A stretch of DNA of 64,000 nucleotides from positions 2,332 through 66,331 of the forward strand of contig JAHZGH010000010.1 of assembly GCA_019420905.1 (NCBI GenBank), read 5' to 3'. A program made the position numbers and the translations under genes. Below the pieces are notes generated by a model that saw only the letters and a program-made list of their open reading frames with translations, did no database searches and was not told where the DNA came from. Shown here one piece after another: positions 19,129-28,512 of this stretch. How positions within the stretch are numbered: position 1 is the first letter of the stretch; each line of letters begins with the position of its first letter. The DNA is from Succinivibrionaceae bacterium (GTDB lineage Bacteria; Pseudomonadota; Gammaproteobacteria; Enterobacterales; Succinivibrionaceae).

Positions 19129-20259
19129 TTAGATATTATCTACACTAAAACCTAACTCTTTAAATGTCTTAGCATATTCTTCAGGAACGTTTCTCAGCAG
19201 CAGAGAACTTAATTCTCTCCTTTCTCTGTAATTAACTCTTAACTTATCAAAACTCTTGCCATCAACAAAGCTATTTTTAAATAAATAAGCATCCGAACGT
19301 ACATCATATACGCTAAATACCAAGCGAGAAATCAAGTTAAGGTCCAACAAATTGATTTTGCCAATTTCTAATGCAGATAATTCTGCAGCTGGCATTTTAT
19401 AAGGAACTGGTTTCTCTAGTTTTAAAGATTTAGCTAAAGAATGAGCAAGCATGACGCTAGCACGGCGCTTAGACTCATAAGAATATCCTGCAATATGTGC
19501 TGTAGCCCCCTGTAAATATGGTAAAAGCTCCCTAACAGAAATTTCAGGCTCTCCTTCAAAGACATCACACCATACCTTTAAATCGGCGCCTGAAGACAAA
19601 ATATCATATAAGGCTTTATTATCTATGACTGGGCCTCGGGAAGCATTGATAACAAAAGTTCCTGACTTTAAAGAATTAAGACGATCCTTGTCTAACATGT
19701 GGTAAGTCTTATCAATTCCTTCTTTTTGCAAAGGCACATGAAAGCTTATAAAATCACAGGACAAGGCTTCATCAAAGCTCGCATTACAGCTACGATCGCC
19801 AGCTCTATAGCGCGGCGGATCATTTTTTACAACTTTTAAGCCTAAAGCCTGAGCTTTTTGACACACCTGAGATCCCGTATGTCCACAGCCGATTACTCCT
19901 ATGCTCTTTCCCTCAAAATCGATGCCGTATTTTTGTGCTAAAACTAATAATACTGAGAGCACATAATCACCGACGCTCTCGCAATTTGAGCCTGGAGCAT
20001 TATCAAAAACAATTCCTAGTTTTTTTAACAAATCAATATCAATATGATCTATTCCTGCTGTAGCAGTGCCGACAAAGCGCAATTTATCCGCTTTAGCTAA
20101 GAGCTGTTCATTTACTTTAGTAACAGAGCGAATAATTAAAGCATCAATTCCCTCTAAATCATCGCTTGTAATCTGGCGGCCCGCTTTTATAACCACTTCA
20201 CCATATTGAGAGAATACCTCTTTAGCATTAGGTAAAGCCGCATCAGCTAAAATTCGCAT
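19129..20259 (-). CDS. pdxB: erythronate-4-phosphate dehydrogenase
   Basis: D-2-hydroxyacid dehydrogenase fold (GVIGCGHTGSQV NAD motif) plus a PdxB-type C-terminal dimerisation domain. Length 376 aa. Confidence 0.88.
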   Translation of the reverse strand: MRILADAALPNAKEVFSQYGEVVIKAGRQITSDDLEGIDALIIRSVTKVNEQLLAKADKLRFVGTATAGIDHIDIDLLKKLGIVFDNAPGSNCESVGDYVLSVLLVLAQKYGIDFEGKSIGVIGCGHTGSQVCQKAQALGLKVVKNDPPRYRAGDRSCNASFDEALSCDFISFHVPLQKEGIDKTYHMLDKDRLNSLKSGTFVINASRGPVIDNKALYDILSSGADLKVWCDVFEGEPEISVRELLPYLQGATAHIAGYSYESKRRASVMLAHSLAKSLKLEKPVPYKMPAAELSALEIGKINLLDLNLISRLVFSVYDVRSDAYLFKNSFVDGKSFDKLRVNYRERRELSSLLLRNVPEEYAKTFKELGFSVDNI

Positions 20260-20517
20260 AAAAGCTCCTTAAACAAAACAGACTAATATTTACGCAGCAA
20301 CTAAATAAAAAAATATTCTCTTATTCTAACACCAGCGTTAGTTTTGCAGGAGCAATAAATATTTATGCCTAAAAGTTTTTTAATAAAATGAAAAATATTG
20401 TTTAAAGCTTTCGAATATTCTGAAAAAAGCAATATATTGTTAAAGGATAATTGTTTTGCCTGAGCTTTAAAAAAAGAATGTATAATAATAAAGACTTAAC
20501 TTAATTGAGGAATTATT

Positions 20518-21720
20518 ATGTCTGCGTCAACTGCAATTACCACTGATTACCTAAAGCAGGGAACTACTGCTCTACTCTTAGGTTCAGGTGAGCTTGGCAA
20601 AGAGGTCGCCATTGAACTTATTCGTTATGGAATCAATATCGTAGCTTGTGATCGTTATGCAAATGCTCCTGCTATGAGCGTTGCTCAACAACACGCTGTA
20701 ATTGATATGCGTGATCCTGTTGCCCTGGAAAAGCTTATTCGCCAGGTCAATCCTGACTATATCATTCCTGAAATTGAAGCTATTGCCACTGAAGTTTTAG
20801 AAAAATTAGAACAAGAGGGATTTAATGTTGTTCCATCAGCTCATGCAGCTAATGTGACCATGAATCGCGAAGCCATTAGAACTTTAGCTGCCGAAGAGCT
20901 TAATCTCCCAACCTCCGCTTATTTCTTCGCTTCTTCTGTTGAAGAGATTAAAAAAAATATCGAAAAAGTCGGATTTCCTTGCATTATGAAGCCAGTTATG
21001 AGCTCATCAGGGAAAGGTCAAAGCTTATTAAAAAGCACTGAGGACATAGCTCCTAGCTTTAAGCTCGCTTGTGAAAATGGACGTGGCGGCAAAGAACGTG
21101 TTATTGTAGAAGGCTTCGTAAAATTCGATCGCGAAATTACTCTCCTAACTGTAAGTGCTGTTGATGGCATACATTTTTGCGCTCCTATCGGACATCATCA
21201 AGTAAATGGAGATTATCACGAGTCATGGCAGCCTGAAATGCTCAATGATGAGATTTTATTAGAATGCAAGCGTATCGCTTCATCTGTAGTCAGAGGCTTA
21301 GGCGGTTATGGTATATTTGGCGTAGAGTTATTTATTGCCGGAAATAAGGTAATTTTCTCAGAACTATCCCCTCGCCCGCATGATACAGGCATGGTTACCA
21401 TGATCTCTCAGGATCAATCAGAATTTGCTTTACATGTACGCGCTCTTTTAGGTCTTCCGATTGGTAAAATAACTTTTATCGGACCTTCCGCATCAGCAGC
21501 AGTTTTACCTAATGGCGACGGCAATAGGCTAACCTTTGACGGCTTAGACAAAGCCTTATCCATATGTTCTTCATCACAAATACGTATTTTCGGTAAGCCT
21601 GAAATTCATGGAGAAAGACGCATGGCTGTTTGCTTGTGCCGAGATGAAAGTGTTGAAGATGCCTTAGATAAAGTAAAAAAGATGCGTTCTAAGCTTAAGA
21701 TCAGCATTTCTAAGGAGTAA
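20518..21720 (+). CDS. purT: formate-dependent phosphoribosylglycinamide formyltransferase
   Basis: ATP-grasp protein of 400 aa with an LLLGSGELGKEV N-terminus and an ELSPRPHDTG motif. Confidence 0.93.
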   Translation: MSASTAITTDYLKQGTTALLLGSGELGKEVAIELIRYGINIVACDRYANAPAMSVAQQHAVIDMRDPVALEKLIRQVNPDYIIPEIEAIATEVLEKLEQEGFNVVPSAHAANVTMNREAIRTLAAEELNLPTSAYFFASSVEEIKKNIEKVGFPCIMKPVMSSSGKGQSLLKSTEDIAPSFKLACENGRGGKERVIVEGFVKFDREITLLTVSAVDGIHFCAPIGHHQVNGDYHESWQPEMLNDEILLECKRIASSVVRGLGGYGIFGVELFIAGNKVIFSELSPRPHDTGMVTMISQDQSEFALHVRALLGLPIGKITFIGPSASAAVLPNGDGNRLTFDGLDKALSICSSSQIRIFGKPEIHGERRMAVCLCRDESVEDALDKVKKMRSKLKISISKE

Positions 21721-21725
21721 ATTTA

Positions 21726-21917
21726 ATGGCATCGCTTTCAAACTTTGAAAATATGGATCCTTATATCCTATTATCAGCGGTAAATATGCGTCTGCGCGAT
21801 CAATATTCGTCATTAGATGACTTATGCTCTTCTGAGGAAATCTCTAAAGATAAGCTAATGCAGACTTTAGCCAAATGCGGCTTTACCTATAATGAAGATC
21901 TGCGTCAATTTAAATAA
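21726..21917 (+). CDS. DUF4250-domain small protein
   Basis: 63 aa. The MDPYILLSAVNMRLRDQYSSLDDLC pattern is typical of DUF4250. Confidence 0.65.
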   Translation: MASLSNFENMDPYILLSAVNMRLRDQYSSLDDLCSSEEISKDKLMQTLAKCGFTYNEDLRQFK

Positions 21918-23134
21918 TGGTTAGATCTTTATTTCTAATTCCCCAAGAAATAACGCCATTTGGTTTTAATGGCCGTCTTGGGGCTTTACATTATCAAAGT
22001 GCTGTAAATCTTCATGCAAATGCTGATTTACAGTCGTTTTATTGTCAAATTCCTGAACGTTTTTTACCTCATCCCCGTTACTGCTTCTTAAATGCATTAA
22101 ATCCATTTTTATGTCAAAAAGCTCTCCTAGAATCGAAATTTTATGACATATGTCAGGAACTTATATGTACTCATGATTTGAACATTACCTGGTCAGCACG
22201 TCCATTAAAGACTTTTTTACCTATAAGGCTTAGACTTTGTAAAGAAGAACCTTTCTTTCTTGACCAGATAGCCGTTTTAGACCTTTGTACTCTTCTGCAT
22301 GCCATAAATATTTTTGACAATGCTAATTTGAAAATTCAACAAGGTTTATTAGCTACAGCAAAAAATTTAGGATTTAATGGAGATGTTGATAGGCATAAGC
22401 TTACATCTAAAATAAATGCTTTAATATTTTTAAGTCATAAAGCTTTAGAAATCTCTCCTAAGCTTTTCAGCTTCATGTCAAAAAACTTTGCTGAGCAAAA
22501 AAAATATCTTAAAAAAGCTGTAATTGAGCAAAAACCACAAATCCTTGTTGACCGCTCAGGCTCCTTAAATATGATTTTGCCTTTAAATCTTGCTGGATTT
22601 AAGCTTAAAGCCATCATATATACAGATGATGATTGCTTTATCGATGAAATCGATCTTTGTGATAGGCCTCTAATAGCGCCGTATACAGTACTGACGGATA
22701 AAAGGCAACAAAACTTGAATTTTAATTTAAATAAAGTTTTATTATCTATTTCTGAAGCTTATGAACATCAGAAAGAGCTTTATGTGAAAAGCAGTTTTGA
22801 TCTTGAAAAAAAATTTTTCGCAAAGCTTAATAAATACGATCTTAAGCTTTATCATACCTTGTCAAAAAGCGGCTTTAACTTAGCTCCTATTCCTCAAGCT
22901 TCAACCTTCTTTAAGAATTGGATCCTATTGTGCAGAGGCGATAATTTCCGATCCGAACTTATAGATGCTGAATATCAGCGTTATATTGAGCTGTCAAAAA
23001 AATATTTAAAGCAACAAGCTGACAGCTATAGTCAGGAAATTGAAGCTTTAGCTCAAATCATTGATGAAAATAATGTTAATGATTTAAATTTAGCACAAGC
23101 TCTAATCCATTACCCAAAGTCTTTAACTTATTAA
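21917..23134 (+). CDS. exodeoxyribonuclease I (SbcB)-like protein, probably catalytically degenerate
   Basis: Collinear similarity to ExoI: SFYCQIPERFLPHPRYCFLNALNP versus VFYCKPADDYLPQPGAVLITGITP, and the C-terminal FFKNWILLCRGDNF...AEYQRY versus LLFNYRARNFP...AEQQRW. The start overlaps the DUF4250 stop (TAATG). Confidence 0.7.
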   Translation: MVRSLFLIPQEITPFGFNGRLGALHYQSAVNLHANADLQSFYCQIPERFLPHPRYCFLNALNPFLCQKALLESKFYDICQELICTHDLNITWSARPLKTFLPIRLRLCKEEPFFLDQIAVLDLCTLLHAINIFDNANLKIQQGLLATAKNLGFNGDVDRHKLTSKINALIFLSHKALEISPKLFSFMSKNFAEQKKYLKKAVIEQKPQILVDRSGSLNMILPLNLAGFKLKAIIYTDDDCFIDEIDLCDRPLIAPYTVLTDKRQQNLNFNLNKVLLSISEAYEHQKELYVKSSFDLEKKFFAKLNKYDLKLYHTLSKSGFNLAPIPQASTFFKNWILLCRGDNFRSELIDAEYQRYIELSKKYLKQQADSYSQEIEALAQIIDENNVNDLNLAQALIHYPKSLTY

Positions 23135-23140
23135 AAATAA

Positions 23141-23178
23141 CGTTAAAGCTATAAATATCTAGCTTTAACGCTATTTTA
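23141..23178. terminator. hairpin between convergent purT-operon and LysR genes
   Basis: CGTTAAAGCT-N10-AGCTTTAACG followed by a T-rich stretch. Confidence 0.6.
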
Positions 23179-23281
23179 TCCTTTAAACAAATCAGCAATT
23201 ACAAAACTTTATCAGTTCCTTAATGAAAAGCTCTGATACCTGAGAACGAGCTAAAACTGATTTCCAAGCAATACTTAAGTT

Positions 23282-23363
23282 ATGTCTTACATCTGGCTTA
23301 AAAGGAATAAACGCCAAATCTTATGTCTTACATCTGGCTTAAAAGGAATAAACGCCAAATCTT
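23282..23363. repeat. perfect 41-bp direct tandem duplication (2 copies)
   Basis: atgtcttacatctggcttaaaaggaataaacgccaaatctt occurs at 23282-23322 and again at 23323-23363. Confidence 0.95.
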
Positions 23364-24138
23364 TATCTTCTAAGCTGCAGACACCGTCAATACCTAAAGC
23401 AATTCCTAAGCCTGCCTCAACACAAGCTGCTGCAGAATTACTTTGATTAAACGTTGCAACCACATTTAAATTTTCAAAATTAACATCAGACAGACCTTTA
23501 ATAGTCTTACTTACCATATATTCTTTACGTAAAACTAAAGGATAATGATAAATATCTTTATGATCGGCATAGCCTTTCTTAAACAAAGGGTGATCTTTTC
23601 TAACAATTAAGCCTAAATTATCGCTTTGAGGCAATTGAACATTTTCAAAATACAGCAAATCATCAGAATCTAAAAATATGCCAAAATCCAAAATACCTTT
23701 GTCTAAAAAGCCCTTAACCTCATTATAAGAAGCGGAATGTAATTCAAAAGTAACTTTAGGATATTTAGTACGGAATGCCGTCATAAGTTCAGCAATAAAC
23801 TTAAGATTAGGAGTTTCTGTTACACCAATACTTATACATCCTGATATACTGCTTGCATCGCTATTAATCTCATTTACTGCAATTGAAGCTAAACTTACAA
23901 GCTCGTTTGCTCTACGATGCAAGATCCGCCCTTTATCCGTAAGACTTATACGATGCTTACGATTACCTCTCACAAAGAGTTTGACATGCAGCTCATCCTC
24001 AAGATCCATAAGTTGTCGAGATAATGTCGGCTGTGATAAATGCAAAACCTCCGCAGCTTTTGAAATGCTTTCCTCTTCTACTACTTTAAGGAAGTAGCGC
24101 AGTACTCTCAAGTCCATTAAAAACTCCCTATAAGGCAT
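23287..24138 (-). CDS. LysR-family transcriptional regulator. Its C-terminus is frameshifted and truncated by the 41-bp duplication, so it may be a pseudogene or switchable allele.
   Basis: N-terminal wHTH (LRYFLKVVEEESISKAAEVLHLSQPTLSRQL) and a LysR substrate-binding domain. The last 11 aa (KIWRLFLLSQM) are read from the second repeat copy in a shifted frame. Confidence 0.85.
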   Translation of the reverse strand: MPYREFLMDLRVLRYFLKVVEEESISKAAEVLHLSQPTLSRQLMDLEDELHVKLFVRGNRKHRISLTDKGRILHRRANELVSLASIAVNEINSDASSISGCISIGVTETPNLKFIAELMTAFRTKYPKVTFELHSASYNEVKGFLDKGILDFGIFLDSDDLLYFENVQLPQSDNLGLIVRKDHPLFKKGYADHKDIYHYPLVLRKEYMVSKTIKGLSDVNFENLNVVATFNQSNSAAACVEAGLGIALGIDGVCSLEDKDLAFIPFKPDVRHKIWRLFLLSQM

Positions 24139-24343
24139 TATTTTTATATACTAATAACTATATAACTGCTAAAAGATTTTATTTATTAATAATATTTATT
24201 GCATACAATCTAATTTTAGTTAATTTAACACAATAAAAAAATTATTAAATATATATTTCCATAAAATTATCATAATTTATTTAAAATAATTGTGTAAAAA
24301 TCAAAGTACATAGCTAAAAGTCAATTTCTCTAAAAATTTATAT

Positions 24344-24372
24344 ATCATCTTATTATTAATAAATAAGATGAT
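24344..24372. repeat. 29-bp near-perfect palindrome in an orphan AT-rich spacer
   Basis: ATCATCTTATT-ATTAATA-AATAAGATGAT, followed by a T-rich tract on the plus strand. Confidence 0.6.
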
Positions 24373-24689
24373 TTTACTTTTTTATAGAATCAGCATTTAC
24401 ATCTCTTTTAAAAATATAAGATGATGCCGTTTAAAATAATTTTTTAAGCTCTGCAAAATCCTTAATTATTTTATTTAAATTTGAAATTTATCCTAAATAA
24501 AAATTCATTAAATGCTTTTGCTAAGATAAAACGACAATGCATTAATTATTCTTTGACATATCCCATTGCTAATTTGCAGATATTAGCTTAAAAATTTAAA
24601 GACTGCAGACATTCTGTTTTTTAAAACAAATATATAAAAATATGCAAGATATCATAACTAATATCTTAATCTTTACTAATTATTTAATA

Positions 24690-24733
24690 TTACAAATAAT
24701 AAAAGAGCTCTATGGTAAAACCTAGAGCTCTTT
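24690..24733 (-). terminator. Rho-independent terminator of topA
   Basis: Stem AAGAGCTCTA/TAGAGCTCTT. On the minus strand it is followed by TTTTATTATTT. Confidence 0.8.
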
Positions 24734-24754
24734 ATTAAAAACTAATATCTAAAA

Positions 24755-27370
24755 TTACTCTGATTTTTTTCTAGCACGACTTTTAGCTTCGGAAATTTCC
24801 CATTCTTGATTCTGCTCATTATAAAAAGCAGTAAATCCTGTAGGCTTGCCATCTCTTACGCCTATAACATACTGCTTGCCCATTTTACGGCTAAAACGCA
24901 CCTCTGTTTCATTACCATCAGGATCTTTTTCTGGAGCCTTAGCTAAATATCTGAATTTAGGAGAAATACGATCATAAAAACGCTTAAGTTCAGACACCTT
25001 TGGTGGTCTGGTTTCTCTAACCTTAGGGAAATTATGCGCAGCTAAGAAAATACCAGAAGCTCCATCCCGCAAGACATAATGAGAACCTTCAGTTTTACAC
25101 TGAAGCTCTGGCAAATCCACAGGATCTTCTCTTGGCGGAGCTACCTGACCATTTTTTAAAATCTTGCGAGTATTGCCGCACTCACTATTGCTACAAGCCA
25201 TATATTTGCCAAAGCGGCCATCCTTAAGAACCATCTTAGAACCGCATTTTTCGCAGATAACCTCAGGGCCAAGATCTATTTCAGAAGAAAAATTACCCTC
25301 TTCAAAGCTATAGCCGTCACAGCCTGGCAATGAGCACAGATACAGCTTATGTTTCTCGTCAATGAGATATCCATCCATGACAGAATGGCACTTAGGGCAG
25401 CGAGGTCGAGAACGCAGAATTTCAGTCTCCTCTTCCTCAGACAGCTCTTTTTTATTTAAAGCACCTATATCTATAGGAGATAAATTTAAAGTCTTATGAC
25501 AGCGTTCAGCAGCTTTAACATTTTTATCATAATAGCCTAAGCATGAGAGGAACATGCCTGTCTTGCCGGACTGCACAGCCATATGATACTTGCCACATTC
25601 AGGGCATATCATAGAAACCTCCAAAGGCTTGTTTTCCGGCATTCCACCTTCAGAGGAAGGTGCACTAGCTTTTTCTAATTCCTCATCAAAGCTCTTAAAG
25701 AATTTATCTAGGCTTTCTAGCCAATTTTCCTTCCCCTGAGCTATAAGATCTAAACTATCTTCCATTGAAGCAGTAAAAGACGTATCCATAAGATCTTTAA
25801 AGCTAAAACGTAATCTGTCAGTTACTACCTCACCCATTCTCTCAGCATAAAAACGGCCATGTTCAATTTTTACATAGCCACGCTCCTGAATGGTAGAAAT
25901 AATTGAAGCATAAGTAGAAGGTCTGCCGATACCATCCTTTTCTAGCTCTTTAACTAAAGAAGCCTCAGAAAAACGAGCCGGCGGTTGTGTAAAATGCTGC
26001 AAGCTTTCGAGCTTGTCTAAGCTTAAAAGATCATTTACCTTAAGCTCCGGCAATAAAGTTTCCTCAGACTTGCCAAAGCCCCAAACCTTACGGAAGCCAT
26101 CAAAAATAACATGACGTCCAGAAGCTTTAAGCTCATAATCATTGCAGCTTACGCTCAATGAGGTAGATTCATAAAGCTGAGAAGTCATCTGACAGGCTAA
26201 ATAACGAGCTTTAATCAAAGCAAACAGGCGCTGTCCATCTCGGTCAATGTCTGCTGGCAAAGGAGAGAACGGATGCGATGGACGAATAGCCTCATGAGCT
26301 TCTTGAGCAGATTCCTTTGACTTATAATAATTAGGCTTTTGTGGTACATAGGCATCGCCGTACTCTTTTGAAATAATCTCTCTTGCAGTCTCTATAGCCT
26401 CGTCAGATAAGTTAACGCTGTCAGTACGCATATAAGTAATCAAACCGCGCTCATACAATCTTTGCGCTACCATCATGGTTTTTTTAACGCTAAAGCCTAG
26501 CCGCTGATTGGCAGACTGCTGTAAAGTTGAAGTTGTAAATGGCGGTTGAGGAGATTGCTTGCCAGGCTTTACATCAACTTTTGATACAATGTATTTTCCT
26601 TGCTTTAAGGCATCAACGATAAGCTCGGCTTCTTTTTTATTCTTAATCTGGCACTTTTTCCCATTAAAATTAGCCAAATTCAGCTTTAAGCTTTCGCCTT
26701 TCGGTGTCTTGGTATATGCATCAATAGACCAGTATTCTTCAGGCACAAATGATTTTATCTGGCGCTCACGATCAACAATCAATTCAACAGCCACTGACTG
26801 TACGCGTCCTGCAGACAGGCCTCGAGCTACTTTCTTCCATAAAAGCGGCGAAACCATAAAGCCAACTACACGATCTAAAAAACGTCTGGTTTGCTGCGCA
26901 TTAACCAAATCCATATTAATACGGCCTGGATTTTTAAAAGCCTTAGTAATGGCATTAAGGGTAATTTCAGGATACTTTACACGCAGATATTTATCTTCGC
27001 TGCCGCCTAAAACTTCTTTTAAATGCCACGCAATAGCTTCTCCCTCTCGATCAAGATCAGTTGCCAAGTAAACTTTATCGGCATTCTTTGCAAGCTTTTT
27101 AAGTTCAGCTACAACCTTTTCCTTGCCAGGCATGATCTCATAATTAGCCTTCCAATTATTGTAAGGATCAATCCCCATTCTCTTAAATAGGGCCTTATTC
27201 TTATCAGAACGGCTTTTAGCTGCAGTTTTCTTTTTTTCAGAACTGCTGCCGCCAACCGGAAGATCTCGGATATGACCAACACTGGCTTTAACAATATAAT
27301 CATCGCCCAAATAGCGATTGATAATTGTTGCCTTGGAAGGAGACTCCACAATAACCAATGATTTACTCAT
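24755..27370 (-). CDS. topA: DNA topoisomerase I
   Basis: TOPRIM N-terminus LVIVESPSKA, active-site region YMRTDS and multiple C-terminal Zn-ribbon repeats. Length 871 aa. Confidence 0.97.
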   Translation of the reverse strand: MSKSLVIVESPSKATIINRYLGDDYIVKASVGHIRDLPVGGSSSEKKKTAAKSRSDKNKALFKRMGIDPYNNWKANYEIMPGKEKVVAELKKLAKNADKVYLATDLDREGEAIAWHLKEVLGGSEDKYLRVKYPEITLNAITKAFKNPGRINMDLVNAQQTRRFLDRVVGFMVSPLLWKKVARGLSAGRVQSVAVELIVDRERQIKSFVPEEYWSIDAYTKTPKGESLKLNLANFNGKKCQIKNKKEAELIVDALKQGKYIVSKVDVKPGKQSPQPPFTTSTLQQSANQRLGFSVKKTMMVAQRLYERGLITYMRTDSVNLSDEAIETAREIISKEYGDAYVPQKPNYYKSKESAQEAHEAIRPSHPFSPLPADIDRDGQRLFALIKARYLACQMTSQLYESTSLSVSCNDYELKASGRHVIFDGFRKVWGFGKSEETLLPELKVNDLLSLDKLESLQHFTQPPARFSEASLVKELEKDGIGRPSTYASIISTIQERGYVKIEHGRFYAERMGEVVTDRLRFSFKDLMDTSFTASMEDSLDLIAQGKENWLESLDKFFKSFDEELEKASAPSSEGGMPENKPLEVSMICPECGKYHMAVQSGKTGMFLSCLGYYDKNVKAAERCHKTLNLSPIDIGALNKKELSEEEETEILRSRPRCPKCHSVMDGYLIDEKHKLYLCSLPGCDGYSFEEGNFSSEIDLGPEVICEKCGSKMVLKDGRFGKYMACSNSECGNTRKILKNGQVAPPREDPVDLPELQCKTEGSHYVLRDGASGIFLAAHNFPKVRETRPPKVSELKRFYDRISPKFRYLAKAPEKDPDGNETEVRFSRKMGKQYVIGVRDGKPTGFTAFYNEQNQEWEISEAKSRARKKSE

Positions 27371-27384
27371 AATCCTTATACCTT

Positions 27385-28512
27385 CTAATAGAGCTTATCC
27401 ACACTTTTGGCTTCATCGAGCTCATGCTTTACAGCCTTAACCCAAGTTTCGGCACAAAGAAATTTCTTTATCTTTAATAAAATAGACTTTTTTGTATTAC
27501 GCTTCCAGACTATTTTTACTGCACAGCCAAAAGTATCGTCTATTCTTTTGGCAATATAACTGTCAGAAGTCGCAATTTCATCAACTAAACCTAAATTTAA
27601 AGCATCTTTAGCCAGCCAATGTTCACCTGTGGCTACATCATCTATCTTATCTTGCAGCTGAGGACGATAATTTGTCACTACCTGCTTAAAACGATTGTGA
27701 ATATCCTCAAGTTCCTGTTTAAACTTTTCTCTGCCTTCGTCTGTATTTTCTCCAAACATTGTTACAGTACGCTTATATTTTCCTGCTGTAATTTGCTCAT
27801 AATCCACATCATACTTATCTAAAAGACGATGAAAATTCGGCAAAGAAGCTACTACGCCAATGGATCCTATATAAGCAAAAGGAGCTGCCACAATCTTGTC
27901 AGCAACACATGCCATCAGATAGCCGCCAGAGGCTGCAACCTCATCAACACATACAGTAAGCTTTATACCTTTTTCTCTGATCCTCACTAGTTGAGCTGAA
28001 GCTAATCCATAAGCATTAACTAAGCCGCCTGGAGATTTTAAATTTAAAATAACCTCATCCTTATCTGTGGCTACATCTAAAATTGCATCAATTTTCTTTA
28101 CGAGATGCTTTAAATAAGACGCTTCAACATCACCTGAAAAATTAATCACATAAAGATTTTGTGGACAGAAATATCCTTCACTAATCTTTGAGTTTAATAA
28201 TTCCTGACGCTTTTTTTCTTCTTCTGAAGCTTTTTCTTTTTGTGTTTTCTTTCGTTTCTTTTTTAAACGCTTGAGTTCTTTTTCATCAACAGTACTGATT
28301 TCTTCAAGTCTTGCCTGCATAAAATTTCTGCGAGCTTTAACTTTATCTTTAAGATCAATAATCTCAAGCTTATCTTCAGATTTTTCAACTTTTACGCTTT
28401 TTAAAGCCTTCAAAACAGACACAATAAAGATCACAATAAAGGCAAAAACAAAAGCGATAATAAGACTCTTCAACGCAAATATGCCTATATCTGCTAAAAA
28501 ATCAATCATCAA
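27385..28512 (-). CDS. sohB: S49-family inner-membrane peptidase SohB
   Basis: N-terminal TM helix, K/E-rich linker and an S49 (SppA-like) domain. It lies adjacent to topA as in E. coli. Confidence 0.88.
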   Translation of the reverse strand: MMIDFLADIGIFALKSLIIAFVFAFIVIFIVSVLKALKSVKVEKSEDKLEIIDLKDKVKARRNFMQARLEEISTVDEKELKRLKKKRKKTQKEKASEEEKKRQELLNSKISEGYFCPQNLYVINFSGDVEASYLKHLVKKIDAILDVATDKDEVILNLKSPGGLVNAYGLASAQLVRIREKGIKLTVCVDEVAASGGYLMACVADKIVAAPFAYIGSIGVVASLPNFHRLLDKYDVDYEQITAGKYKRTVTMFGENTDEGREKFKQELEDIHNRFKQVVTNYRPQLQDKIDDVATGEHWLAKDALNLGLVDEIATSDSYIAKRIDDTFGCAVKIVWKRNTKKSILLKIKKFLCAETWVKAVKHELDEAKSVDKLY

